From positions 929,168 to 993,167 of the forward strand of contig BFEA01000043.1 in assembly GCA_003427395.1 (NCBI GenBank): 64,000 bases of DNA, written 5' to 3'. The notes beneath the pieces were generated by a model. It saw only the letters and a list, made by a program, of their open reading frames with translations, was not told the DNA's origin and did no database searches. This DNA is from Chara braunii (Eukaryota > Plantae > Charophyceae). A program made the position numbers and the translations under genes. Shown piece by piece: positions 1 through 11,444 of the stretch. The stretch's first letter is position 1. Each line of letters opens with the position of its first letter.

Positions 1-1978
1 ATCCTCATCATGATCATCTTCAGGATGCTGTTCATCGTCATCAACAAAATTCAAAAAAAAAAAAACCTCATCTGCCTTTTCGCCATCATAATTTTCAGGA
101 ATTTCCGATTCTTCCACTCATATCTTAGGAATCCTATTTCCTAGTAAATTCCTTGTTTTTTTTTTTCTTTTTCTTTTCTCCACTATTATTTTCTGATTCC
201 CCTTTGGACGACTCATGAACTATTTGTGCGCGGGTGGGGGGTTGGGGCTTTAAGGAGGATAGCTTTACTCTACAGGGGCTTCACAAGGTGGGGGGTGAAA
301 TGCCCTGGAGGGAGTGGGGGCAGATTGTTGGGGGATGCCCTATTCCGGGGCTGGGAGAGATGTATGGGTTGGCATCATATCCTGGCGGAGGCAGATAGGG
401 GTGAGGGGTTACTTTGGGTGGAATTGGATGCCTTAGTGGAAGTTGGGGGAGGAAGCAGGTATGTCCCAAGCTGGGGCCGATAAGGAGAGCTTGTGATCAG
501 GGCAGTCCTTTTCGGTGGAGGCAGCGGAGGGACAGGGGGAGAGGGAGGGGAAGGGGGGGAAATAATCCACAAAAACGTCCGGAATTCTGATTCTCCTCTT
601 AAGCGCAAACAAATTATTTCGGGTGGGGTGGTGGGTTGGTTCTGAAGGGGAGAGCTCTACTCTGCAAGAGCTTCACAAGGAGGGAGGTGATAGCCCTGAA
701 GGGAGACGGGGAAGATTTTGGGGGTTGCTCTATTCTAGGGCTGGGGGAGATGTATGGGTCGGCATCATATCCCAGCGGTGGCAGATAAGGGCAAAGGGTC
801 GGCAAAGGCATACTTTGGGTGGGAACTGGATGCCTTTGTGGGAGTAGGGAGGGGGGGGAACGGGTTTGTCCCAAGATGGGGCTGATGAGGAGTGTCCATG
901 ATCAGGGGCGGTCCTTTTTGGTGGAGGCAGCAGTGGGCCAGGGAGACGAGGGGGACAGGGGGGAATTTCTATATCCTTTGTTGGGACTTTCCCTGATTCT
1001 TTCTGGAGTCTTCAAAACAAGCACCCTTGTTATTCGTAGTAGTTTGAAGATTCTCTCGGGACTCTAAGGGTCTGCTGGTGGTTTGTACAAAGCTGCACTA
1101 GAATTAGACTGTTATATTCAGGACCCGAGGTTGTTCAATGCCAAAACGACGCTGGCCGGAGTCGGGGGGATGCCCTGTACCTTGCTGAAGGTGAGGGCAT
1201 GAGGTCTTGTAGAGATATATGGGGATGCTATGGGGGGGCATCCGACAACTGGGGGTTGCTGACAGAGGACGACACTGGCCGGAGCTGGAGTGAGTCGCGT
1301 TGCTCTGTAACCTAGCAGATAGGGGGCGTGAGGCCTGGAAGAGTTTGTCAGAGAATAAGTCAGTTTTAGTGAGCTTCGTTATGATCTGTTGCAAATCCCT
1401 TAGATACTCAAGTGTTCAAAAATTGCGGTGGATTTTAGGTGGTGTTTGCGATCATAAAAAAGGATTCGTAGTCTTCTCCTCAGAAACAAAAAAGGTTCTG
1501 GTGTTCTGTAATTCTTGGCAGCATCTGACCTTCTTCCTCATTCCGGATATAGGATTTCAAAGACAGTCGAATCTGGACTGATATCTGCAGAGTTGCTTTG
1601 TTCTGTGGCCCTGGTTTGCCGATGTCAGAACGACGCTGGTCGGAGTTGGGGTGTTGCCCTGTATCCTGCAAATGGCAGGAGTGTGAGGCCTTGTAGAGAG
1701 ATCTGGGGTTTTGCTGAGGGAGGAAGACAATCCAGTGGCGAACCAGGGGGCGCTACCTTGACAACCTATGGGTCCGGGGATAGTCTAGGGGGCGAGAACA
1801 GGTCACTTATGGTAGACGTTGGTTAGGATGGCATTGTCTCTGAGATGTAATGTCCCGGTACAGGGAGGGCTAGGAGTTGTTTTAGGATTAGGAGGCCATA
1901 ATTGCTGATATAACATAGTCTTCTATATTTTTTATCATCATCATTAGTATGATCACAGTTTACATAGAATCAGTAGAA

Positions 1979-2011
<33 letters not shown>

Positions 2012-2163
2012 GATATGAGGGACGCTGAGCCCGATTCTCACCGAATTCGTTTCGGTCACTCCGGGTAGACTGTGAGGACCCCGGCCACAATTAGTCTTAT
2101 TGGTAATATCATCCTTGGGCACTGGGCCGCTTTAAAAATATTTAAAAAAAAAAAAAAAAAAAA
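1..2163 (+). mobile_element. Long non-coding poly(A)-tailed retroposon (5' part outside window), mosaic 3' end
   Basis: 1-1480 is an inverted homolog of ~28430-29930, and 1500-2140 an inverted homolog of ~13345-14050. Carries three Alu-domain-like motifs (1154-1214, 1277-1342, 1638-1700) and a 3' hairpin/pseudoknot (2019-2084). Ends in poly(A). No credible ORF. Confidence 0.7.
230..970 (+). repeat. Two diverged G-rich direct repeats (~340 bp; 230-560 and 620-970)
   Basis: Shared blocks such as gcttcacaagg, gggctgggrgagatgtatgggtyggcatcatatcc and gtcccaag. The same pair occurs inverted at ~28970-29710. Confidence 0.8.
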
Positions 2164-2169
2164 CTTGCC

Positions 2170-2466
2170 CTGTTATTAATATCTTTGCGTTATTTGTATC
2201 TCCGCTACTCCTCACTTTGCAGAAGATTGCATTGGATAATTGAGGAGTTGAGTAGGGCAGAGTTTGATTTAGCACCCAGCGGGGTTAATCCTTCGTTACT
2301 GGGGAACCAATCAATGCCCCGAGATTTTACTATATTCGTGTTATGCAGGGAAGCTGTCTCCAGGGGAGCAGTGGCTGAGGCTCTTCCAGCCCTAATGGGA
2401 AGAGGAGTGTGGTTAAGTGTTGTAATCAAACTCATAATTGGAGCCTTGTGAAAAAAAAAAAAAAAA
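2170..2466 (+). mobile_element. Short poly(A)-tailed retroposon 3' end (family F)
   Basis: Near-identical inverted copy at 11445-11720 (gaagctgtctccaggggagcagtggctgaggctcttccagcc). Poly(A) tail. Confidence 0.75.
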
Positions 2467-2666
2467 GGACTGGTGCAGTGCTGTCTCCTGGTCAGAAGGG
2501 TTAGAGGAGCCACATTGGCGAGTGCGAAGGGAAGGAAGAAGGAGATGAATGGAGGGTTGCAAGGGTGAGGTAATTGTAGGGGATTCCTTGGACCGGGTTG
2601 TGCATATCTTTTTGCCTTATGAGGCCTTTTATTTGTTTGTTTGTTTTGTCAAAAGGCCTCCATTTT

Positions 2667-2669
<3 letters not shown>

Positions 2670-2697
<28 letters not shown>

Positions 2698-3285
2698 TTT
2701 AAGTCCAGGGTGTTGTAGAGGCCAATTACTAGGCACACCTTGGCGGAAGCGGTCAGCCGTTGTCGCTCGGAGGAGGCGAGTCCACCACCCATCCCATCCT
2801 CGTGTCAATACTCCTAGCGCATCCCCTAGCCCTACTATCCTACCTCAGTGTGACCAGCACTTAGGACCATCACCCTACCAGTATCAAGGGGAACTTGGAC
2901 CGAACAGTAGTGACAGGCACCAGGGCTAGCGACCCAGCCCTGGTTGAACCATAGTCGAGCGAGCCTCGTCGTAGGGGTGCTTTGGACGCCAGGCTCAAGC
3001 AATCACCTTTTTGCCCTTAAATTGACCAACTAGTAACTCACGCACTCTACTCTCCCACCACAGACCTAGCTGTATATTTAATGCGGGGTACTTATCATCG
3101 AGACGCCTATCGTCATCACCAGTTGGAGCCGACCAAGCCAACCAGTGACTCACACCCTCTACTCTCCCACCACAGATTCTAACTCTATATTTAAGGCGGG
3201 GTACTTATCATTGAGACGCCTATCATCATTAGCAGTTGATCGTGACCTCCACCCAGCCCTTGTGTATATGTGTGTGTGTGTATGT

Positions 3286-3343
<58 letters not shown>

Positions 3344-3965
3344 CCTCTATGTTGACCAGCCAGTAACTCACGCCCTCTACTCTCCCACCACAGACCTAGT
3401 TGTATATTTAATGTGGGGTAGTTATCATTGAGACGCCTATCATCATCACCAGTTAGAACCCACCAGACCAACCAGTGACTCAGGCCCTCTACTCTCCCAC
3501 CACAGACCCTAGCTGTATTTTTAAGGCGGGGTACTTATCATCGAGACGCTTATCATCATTATCAATTGATCGTAACCTCCTCCCAGCCCTATGGTTGTGT
3601 ATGTGTGTATGTACTCTGTATCATAGATGTATGCCCGTGGGCTATATCATGTATGGTTGTATGCTGTTCCCCACCATGGAGCATCGGCGAAGTGAGAACT
3701 GAGTACGAGTGAGAGGTTCTCCTATCACCTCCACTTGTACATGCATGTGTGTGTACCTTGAGCTATATATGTATATATAGTATGTGTGTATGGTATGTGA
3801 TAGACTATGTATCGCGATTGTGCTATCTGGGGTAGTATCTCATGTGTGTGTGTGTATGTGGTAGAGACAGGTCTATTTGGACAGGACCCCTCAAAGTCCT
3901 GAGCCGGACTCGAACCTGTGACCTACAGTATGAAACTGGAGGGTTCTACCACTTATACTATCGTG
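2670..3965 (-). mobile_element. Long tRNA-related retroposon (family D), minus copy with internal satellite
   Basis: The 3' end aagtccagggtgttgtagaggc is the reverse complement of the end at ~5414-5434. 2790-3000 is homologous to 5130-5350. Internal tRNA-like segment at 3885-3965. Confidence 0.6.
3033..3590. repeat. ~112-bp tandem repeat (4 units, interrupted by (TG)n); inverted copies at 4070-4365
   Basis: The unit gtractcacrccctctactctcccaccacagacctag...gagacgcctatcatcat is visible four times, with reverse-complement units at 4070-4365. Confidence 0.9.
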
Positions 3966-4202
3966 GGAAGTGGATATAATGTGTGTAATGTCTGGACTGG
4001 GGAAGATCATCAGAGCAGTCAAAACCAACAACAACCAGCAACCAATGTGAAGAGACCAACATGGCCTGAGTCACTGGTTGGTCTTGTGGGTTCTAACTGG
4101 TGATGATGATAGGCGTCTCGATGATAACTACCTCGCATTAAATATACAGCTAGGTTTGTGGTGGGAGGGTAGAGGGCGTGAGTTATTGGTTGGTCAACAT
4201 AG

Positions 4203-4245
<43 letters not shown>

Positions 4246-4371
4246 AAGGGTTGGGTGGAGGTCACGATCAACTGATAATGATGATAGGCGTCTCAATGAT
4301 AAGTACCCTGCCTTAAATATACAGCTAGGGTCTGTGGTGGGAGAGTAGAGGGCGTGAGTCACTCGTTGGCT

Positions 4372-5453
4372 TGGTGCGCATGGAGAATGGTGCACGGCTG
4401 GACATACACTATCCTCTGACCACTACATGGTTATAATTACAAACCCTACCTGTATTGGTCAGGGGAGCAAGTCCCGGGTGTTGTATGCGGGTTCTGGGTT
4501 CCGCAGGGCTTGCTCGGGGAGTTGGTCTTGGTCGTTCGATTCTCCTCCCCGGTCTGATATACCACACACATGTGCTATTTTCGATTGTTGCTCATACGAT
4601 TGAGTCTTCCTGTTACATCTCACAGGTCACGGGTTCGAGCTTGGTCACAGACTTTGGGGGGGTCTGTCCAGTCTGGCCCGTTATACATGGTATTCTCAAC
4701 ACACATATAGTGTTGATATATGGTCTTCGAGCCCATATATGATTCATACTGCCTTCGAGTATACAACTGGCTTCTGGATATATAGACATACATCGTAAAT
4801 AGCCTACATCCATGGCTTTCTGAGCACATACATATGGCCTAAGGGCTTACATGCATCTACAGTTGACTGGGGGAGGGGTAGAATAGACTTAGACTCTAGG
4901 GTATAGAATACGGTAGTTACCCCAGCAGGTTTGAGTTCCACCTAGCCAAGATAGGGGCAAGCTAGGGAAGGATGGTAGGACTGTCAGTCTGAATTCCGCC
5001 TGGCCTTGGGTAAGCTAGGGGAAGGACAGTAGGTTGTTTGTCTGGGGTACTGACTGCTAGTTAGTTGTCCCCGAAAATAAAACCCAGGGGTCTATGATCT
5101 CTACAATAAGGATACGAGGTTGGTAGAATATAGTGGTGCCTAGCGTCCGAAGTTCCCGTACAGCGAGGCCTGTCTGATTTCGCTTCCACTGGGGCTGGGG
5201 TAATAGCTAGCCTTGGTGCCTATCACTACTGTCTGGTCCAAGTCATCCACCTAGCGGTTGGGTGATGGTCCCGAGTGGGTTACACTGAGGTAAGATAGTT
5301 GGGTTAGGGGGTACGCTGGGAGTATTGATGAGTGGTAGGGTGGGAGGTGACCTCGTATCTTAGGACTGTGAAGGCTCATCGCTCCCGGTGATCCCTGTGT
5401 GCCTGATAATTAGCCTCTACAACATCCTGGACTTGAAAAAAAAAAAAAAAAAA
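4372..5453 (+). mobile_element. Long tRNA-related retroposon (family D), plus copy
   Basis: Homologous to 41530-41900 and 42880-43350. Internal B-box-like ggttcgagc at ~4632. Ends cctctacaacatcctggacttg followed by poly(A). Confidence 0.7.
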
Positions 5454-5454
5454 G

Positions 5455-5700
5455 CATGGACTGACCCCCTGGGTGGCGCGCAGGCAGTGTCCATACAACA
5501 CCCATGGACTGACCCCCTGGGTGGTGCACAGGCAATGTCTATAATAGTACCATGCGTCAGCCCAGGGGAGTGTGTGTCCAGCCGTGCATCATTCTAACGC
5601 CCTGCCGGTGTCCATGCCCAAGGCTGCGGAGTTTTGAACCCACAACCTCATACCACAATGCGCATTTCCAACCGGTGCTCTAACCAATGAGAGATAACTC
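5455..5700 (-). mobile_element. tRNA-derived SINE head (family S1/D)
   Basis: Reverse complement of the 41420-41580 head. A-box-like ctcattggttagagc and B-box ggttcaaaactcc. Confidence 0.75.
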
Positions 5701-6074
5701 AAAAACCAACAATGTAGCAGAGATTTAATATGAAGCGTAACCACATTGCTGCAGAATGATAGCATCATGCTTCAGACTTTCTTCTCTACGCAACTCAGTC
5801 TGAATAACCGGGCATCAGCCGGCCAATAAATACTACTTCCGATGTCCAAAAAGTCACTCATAGTCCCCCGGGCCCAGCAGAACTGGTCCCTGGACCTGAA
5901 AAAACGTTAAACACTCTGAAACCCACGTACCAATGCGCCTGGTAGGTGAGTACGAAGTGCAGATTCAAAAAACTCAAATAAATAAATTTAGAAATTAAAA
6001 ATAAAGATGAGAAATAATAATTATTGTCCACGTCCCTAGGACGCTCACTCATGTTTGATTGCGACAATCTGTGC

Positions 6075-6530
6075 AGCCGCAGGTAATCGCCTCATGGTCC
6101 AGTGAAATGCCCAGCTGGACTCGCATAGATCGCCAAGTACCGAGTGACAAATAGATGCCCGCCGATACTTGCTTTCGTCGTACCCGGTGGTAGTTACGAT
6201 TTGCCAAGAAGCAAAGAATTGCATCAGTAGATCGCCCAGCAGGTTTTTTTTCGCCAAGTCCCTGGTGGCACAGTCTCCGCCACAGAGACCTGCCCCTGGT
6301 CGATTCGCAGGCCGTTATCGCCTCATGGTCCAGTGACCAGCTGGACTCGCGTAGACAGCCAAGTACCGAGTNACAAATAGATGCCCGCCGATACTTGATT
6401 TCGTCGTACCCAGTGGTGTGTAGATCGCCCAGCAGGTCTTACCGCCAAGTCCCTGGTGGTACAGCCCATCTGAATCCCTCACAGAGACCTTCTGCATCTG
6501 GCGTGCCCCTGGTCGATTCGCAGGCCGTTA
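6075..6530. repeat. Imperfect ~230-bp direct repeat at PLE 3' end
   Basis: atcgcctcatggtccagtga...aaatagatgcccgccgatacttg...tagatcgcccagcagg...gcccctggtcgattcgcaggccgtta occurs twice. Confidence 0.85.
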
Positions 6531-6546
6531 AGAAGGGTCTACAACA

Positions 6547-7908
6547 CTACCTTTGCCAATCGCGGTAGCATTCACGTAGCCGATAGACCATCTCAGTTAA
6601 AACCCTCCCTCCCATCCTTTCGGAATTTTTTTTGAACAAAGTGAGAACCTGTTCAGATGGAAAACCCACTCCTTTAAGTTCTCGGTGTAGAGTCATCAAT
6701 GCAAGTGGAAGTAGTGCCTCTTTATTTGTATTGCTTAAGATTCGATGCAATGTTCCAGTTATACTTGCAAACTTGCGTTCTTTCGGACCGAAAGAGTCGT
6801 ACCATTTTGTGATCATGAATTTCGGTTCACTTGGGTCCGTCCAAACACTATCCAAGTTCTTAAATTTGTGTGTTGTGACGACCTCAGCGGGTTTCTCTAG
6901 CATAATAATGCGCATCTTCAGAAAGTCAGCCACATTTTAGTTCCCATCGGTTCGTTCTAGTCTTAATTCATTATGGTAGCAGTTTGTGATTCTATCCATT
7001 ACCCTGATGGTTCGAATTTTGTCTTCTTCATTTCCAACCTTTCGACAACCCAAGTAGTAACAGGTCGTCAACGTACCTTTGCCCAAACAGTCGTTTCCTA
7101 TCTGTTACTAAGGATTCGAGAAACCTGTTTTCGGGATACATACATACGAGTGACGCAAGGGGTGGGCTAGCTTGCCCACCCATCGGAATACCTCTGTTTT
7201 GCTTCAGAATGTCAACCAACGGACTTAAAATAGAAGTTGTCCAGCAAAAATGAGGTAAGCTTTTCTAAGTCGCCCAGTCTTATGGACTTCCATCCTTTTT
7301 CCCCAGCCGATTTACCGACCAGAGCTCCCTTTCCCTGCGTTTTAACTCGAGCCCAGTGCTTCCCCCGATTCCTGCACTTCCATGGATTGATGCCCTTCCT
7401 TCATCGTGCGAAATTTTTGAGAACATTTCTTTCACATCATATGTTCGTGCCTGGATATCCAACTTTTCTTTTTCGACTTTGCATTTACCACTTGCAATTT
7501 TTGTTTTAAGTCACGTCCTGAAGCCAAATTAAAATGGTCGTGCTTTTCTTTCCTAATCATGCAATTGAGCACCTTCACCAGGTTGTTGGCTGCAAACCTG
7601 GTAGGATTCAGAAAGGATGGACAAATAGGCCGCTTTTTGTCCAGATCCTTTTTTTTACTCATGGTAAATGCATTTTGGATTCTCCCTTTGTTATCCCATC
7701 TCCCGACACGATCCAATTTTTTTCCTTTGAAGTCCCTTCTCATTGTGCATAATATTTCATCCTCAGTCTTTGATATCTTCTCAAAATCAGGATTATCGTT
7801 AAAGGTCTTCTTCATCCCAGAAACGTATAGTTTGGGGCATTCAATCAATGTTGCACCTGGATTGCGGTCTAGGGGAGAAAGGGTCAGGCCTTTGAAAGCC
7901 TCCTTCAC
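6547..7908 (-). pseudogene. Penelope-like reverse transcriptase (frameshifted)
   Basis: QNRGIPMGGQASPPLA and RYVDDLLL motifs (7028-7219), PLDRN motif and KRPICP (7432-7908), thumb-like 6547-6933. Split by frameshifts. Confidence 0.85.
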
Positions 7909-8861
7909 TCCTAGTACGTATTAACAGGATACGGTATCGTTTGGGAGACCCGATGGTCCAATCCTTCTCAATTTCAGAGGAGAAATCTTAAAAACATCAG
8001 TGATTCCGGCTTTCCTGAGATTTTTAAGAGTTATACGACAAGCATCATTCACAACATGCAAGTTCATTATCCTCCCTGGATATGGGACATTTCTGGAGTT
8101 GTAGAGAAAGGGCTTAATCCCCTCAAGCTCGTTCAGCCGAACCCGTACATGCCCATCAATTTTGGGTAGTTCAAACAAGTGACATGCACAACTCTGAACA
8201 TCTTCAGACGCAGTCAGTTTGTGGTTATGCAGCAGATCAGCGACAGTCTCAATTTTCGTAAAGACCACACGCAGCTTCTTCTGCATCAAGTCAGCAAACT
8301 CAAGAGGTTTAATCCTATCCCCCAACCATTCACACTCTTCAGTACGCACACAGCTCTTGTCAATTGTTGGGCAAAAGGACATTTTTACAACAATCCTTTG
8401 CCTGGGGTTGAATCCTATCTTCTTCTTCAATTCAGTCGAGATCAATGATCGAATAATTTGTCTACCTCGTTTAGTATTTACTGATTTAATCCTTTAAGGA
8501 GCCTAAGCAGACCGGCGGTGTCCTTTTTTAGAATGTCCCGCCATTTCCACGGGGTCCTCAAGAGTGAAATCAGTTCAGGCTTCCGACGGTCAGTCTCCGA
8601 TTCCGTTCGCACCAAACATGTAATTTCCCACTCCCCACCATTTTCGAGAGCACATTTTAGGTCCTTAAGTACTGCCCGTCCTTGATCGTTTACTAATTTC
8701 GTGTCCCCATATACGAGCCTTACGAGTCTCCATGGCGTAATCCATTTATTGCCACCGTGGCTAGTAATGTGAACAGGCCGGTTTGTACCTTTAGAGGCCT
8801 TCAATACCTTCAGGAGGTTCGTACATCGAGGGTGAGAGTTAGATGAAAACAATATAGGCTT

Positions 8862-9263
8862 TCACGCATCAATTTCCGTGGGAGTTACTGTTCTTCCATT
8901 CTTTCGTACTTTCCTTGCTTTCCTTCTCCGTTTACATCTGCGAGTGTTCAAGCCTGGGTTGGTCTCACAAATAATCTGGTTTTCCATGCATGGTAGGTTA
9001 TCTTTCAATCCCAACCACAATGGAATAGTGCAATATGTTTCCGGTCTCATCTTATGCATCAATTTATGTACCTTATATATAGGCCTATCTAGAGAGGAAC
9101 GAACATGCTCTCGCCATCTCTCAGAAAGGCAACGCCCAGTCTGTCCGACATATGTCGGTTTGCAAAACGGAGAAATCAGTACATAAACGCAAGAAGAAAC
9201 CCTCCCGGACACAAGTAAATCGACATCTAGTCCCCCCCCGTACTTAGTGAAGTTAAACCCCAT
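8862..9263 (-). pseudogene. GIY-YIG endonuclease domain of PLE
   Basis: CVYVLISPFCKPTYVGQTGRCLSERWREH ... E ... PGLN matches the GIY-YIG signature (VY...YVGQT...R..EH...E...N). Confidence 0.85.
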
Positions 9264-9810
9264 CGGTTATATCCCAGAAAACACGAAAGCAGTGTCCCAA
9301 TTCGAAAAACAGACTCAAGTGAAGCCCTGTCAGCTCCATCGTACTCAGGAATGGCGGTGCAAATACGCCGTAGAGTGTGAAGCAAACTTCTTTTTGTCGG
9401 GACTGCTTTCCCAACACATCATCATCGGATCGCGCATCATTCTCCTCTGGCTCTTCATGAGTAGACTCGATCTCAGTATCGGCATCGCAGGCATCACCGT
9501 CTTCATCCCCGTTTATCAGCCGGGTGAATTCCTCAGTCTCTTGTTTGGCCAGTTCCCAAGCTCCCTTGTCTTTCCTTGCCCACTTGATATCTCGTTTCTG
9601 ACACAGACTCTTCACATTTTTTCCATTCATGTTGTAGCGGACCTTGGGTTGGCCTGTGAGACCAGCCCCTTGGCCTGTTCTCACAGGCCTGTGTTATATT
9701 CGGGGTAGGCCAGTCCAGGCCGGTACCTCTGTCGGTACCAGCCAGTCCAGTCCAGTCCCGTCAGTCCGCTGGGGTATACCCCAGCCATTGTCTGTTTTCA
9801 GGCTCATTCC

Positions 9811-11172
9811 TCACTTNCACATTTTGGAGTACGTGCGTTNGAGTCTTGCGTGNGGAGCTGCGTTGTGCCATCTTGCTCCCCCTTCTTCCTCCATCTCCAT
9901 CTCTGTCACTAGCGGAGCACCACACCTGGTGGGTCCGCTACANNNGTNNNNGNNNNGGNNNNGNNNNNNCNNCNNNNNNNCANNNNNCNCAGNNNNNNNN
10001 NNCNNNNNNNCNNNNNNGNNGNNTNNNNNNNNNTNNNNNNNNNNNNNNNNNNCNNNNNNNNNNNNNNNANNNNNNNNNNNNNTNNNANNNNNTNCNNNNN
10101 CNGNNNNNNNNNNCNNNNCNNNGNNNGNNNNACNNGNGNNNGNGNCNNNTGNNCNNNCNGCNNNNNNCNNNNNNNCNNCNNNNNNNNTANNANCNANNTC
10201 CNGNANNNNNNTNNNNNNNNNNNNNNNTNNNNNNNNANNCNNNNNNANNNNNGNGNNTNCNTNNNNNGCNNNNTNNNNNNNNCNNNNNANTNNNNCNNTN
10301 NNNNNNNNNCNNNNNNNANNNNNGTNGNANNNNNNNNNNNNNNNNNNTTNNCNNNNCTNNNNCCCNNCANNNNNCNNNNNNNANCNNNNNNNNNNNNNTT
10401 NNNCNNNCNNNNNATTCAATCCTACGATCCTTTTACGCTTCTCGCTACTCCCTTCAGCCTTGCTATTGGGCTCGAGCTCCGCCATCATCTGTATCATCCG
10501 CTCCCTCTCCATGTCTGCAACCTTCGCTTTGCGATCAACGGAATCTAGTTTATCCGAGATCTTCTTCAGTTCAGCGCCAAAATTCTTCGTAAGCCACGTC
10601 TTCATACCTTGTTCTCCATCTTCAGTATTCTTGCTTCCTTTCTTCTTGGCGGCTGCAACAGCGGCGTTCTTACTGCTTTCTCCCGAATCAGTTACGGAAA
10701 CAGGTTCTTTCTTGGTCTCTTCGGCATCGCGAGACTTCCAGCGTTCGATGAGCTCGAGATGCTCACGAGTGAACCAAGCACGATTCCCCGGTCCGGGGAA
10801 CGCATTCGCTGCAGGGTCTCGACGCTGTGGAGGACCATAGCTCTGAGGGTAGTTCCAGTTCGGCGGAGGCTGTTGAACTGGATACGGAAAACCCAATGGT
10901 GGAGCAGTAGCTGGTACCGCCGGAGGCGGAGCCGGTTGCACTGCCGTGCTGGCGACGGCAGGTGGAAGCGCAGGAGCCGGTGGAATCCATCCATACGGAT
11001 ATGGATATCCCAATGGTGGAGCGGTAGCTGGGACAGTCGGTGATGGAGTCGGTTGTACTGCAGCGCTGGCAGGTGGCGTGGCTTGGAAATCCATCCAATA
11101 CCTGTTGCAACCTGACCACCTTCCTCTACCGCGTCCTCGCCCACTACCTCGACTAGGTCCCCTCGCGTGCAT
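9811..11172 (-). CDS. Upstream ORF1/gag-like region of the PLE (Pro-rich, coiled-coil), partly in N-gap
   Basis: Open frame with duplicated Pro-rich units and charged helical segments, on the same strand and directly upstream of GIY-YIG. About 470 bp of it is mostly N. Confidence 0.45.
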   Translation of the reverse strand: MHARGPSRGSGRGRGRGRWSGCNRYWMDFQATPPASAAVQPTPSPTVPATAPPLGYPYPYGWIPPAPALPPAVASTAVQPAPPPAVPATAPPLGFPYPVQQPPPNWNYPQSYGPPQRRDPAANAFPGPGNRAWFTREHLELIERWKSRDAEETKKEPVSVTDSGESSKNAAVAAAKKKGSKNTEDGEQGMKTWLTKNFGAELKKISDKLDSVDRKAKVADMERERMIQMMAELEPNSKAEGSSEKRKRIVGLNXXXXXXXXXXXXXXXXGXXXXXXXXXXXXXXXXXXXXXXXXXXXXXXXXXXXXXXXXXXXXXXXXXXXXXXXXXXXXXXXXXXXXXXXXXXXXXXXXXXXXXXXXXXXXXXXXXXXXXXXXXXXXXXXXXXXXXXXXXXXXXXXXXXXXXXXXXXXXCSGPTRCGAPLVTEMEMEEEGGARWHNAAXHARLXRTYSKMXK

Positions 11173-11444
11173 CCAAGCACTGCAGAGTCACTTCACCACG
11201 CTCGATGATGTCGTGCGGTCAACAGCGACTATCGCAATCGAAACCCAGTGCGAGTATCGACGAGCAGGACGGGTGACCTTGGCTATGGTAGCCTAGATTC
11301 ACCAAAGAAGTATGAATAAGAATAAGAGCAATAGTAAAAAATCCAGAAACGAAAAAATAACACATGCTCCACCTTAGTACACCGATTCAAAGAATCGAGA
11401 GTGCATACTAGGAGGTCATCGGAGCACGGACAAGGGGCCTCCAT

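Larger units (their letters stand above)
5850..11300 (-). mobile_element. Decayed Penelope-like element with GIY-YIG endonuclease upstream of RT (Chlamys-type domain order)
   Basis: Collinear minus-strand ORF fragments: upstream low-complexity/coiled ORF, GIY-YIG, then PLE-type RT and thumb. 3' direct repeats at 6075-6530. Boundaries approximate. Confidence 0.75.

Noticed and set aside
3033-3590. CRISPR-like array
   Set aside because: Units are contiguous ~112-bp repeats without unique spacers. The context is eukaryotic with no cas genes.
3885-3965. tRNA gene, possibly with a UCA anticodon
   Set aside because: Acceptor and D stems do not pair properly. The segment is homologous to the internal tRNA-like part of family D retroposons.
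8852-8864. In-frame TGA in the PLE as a selenocysteine codon
   Set aside because: The element has other TAA stops and frameshifts, the TGA is not at an evident Cys position, and CGA>TGA decay is simpler. No SECIS was recognised.
9644-10840. 398-aa and 248-aa plus-strand ORFs
   Set aside because: Kept open by the N-rich gap and antisense to the more plausible minus-strand ORF.
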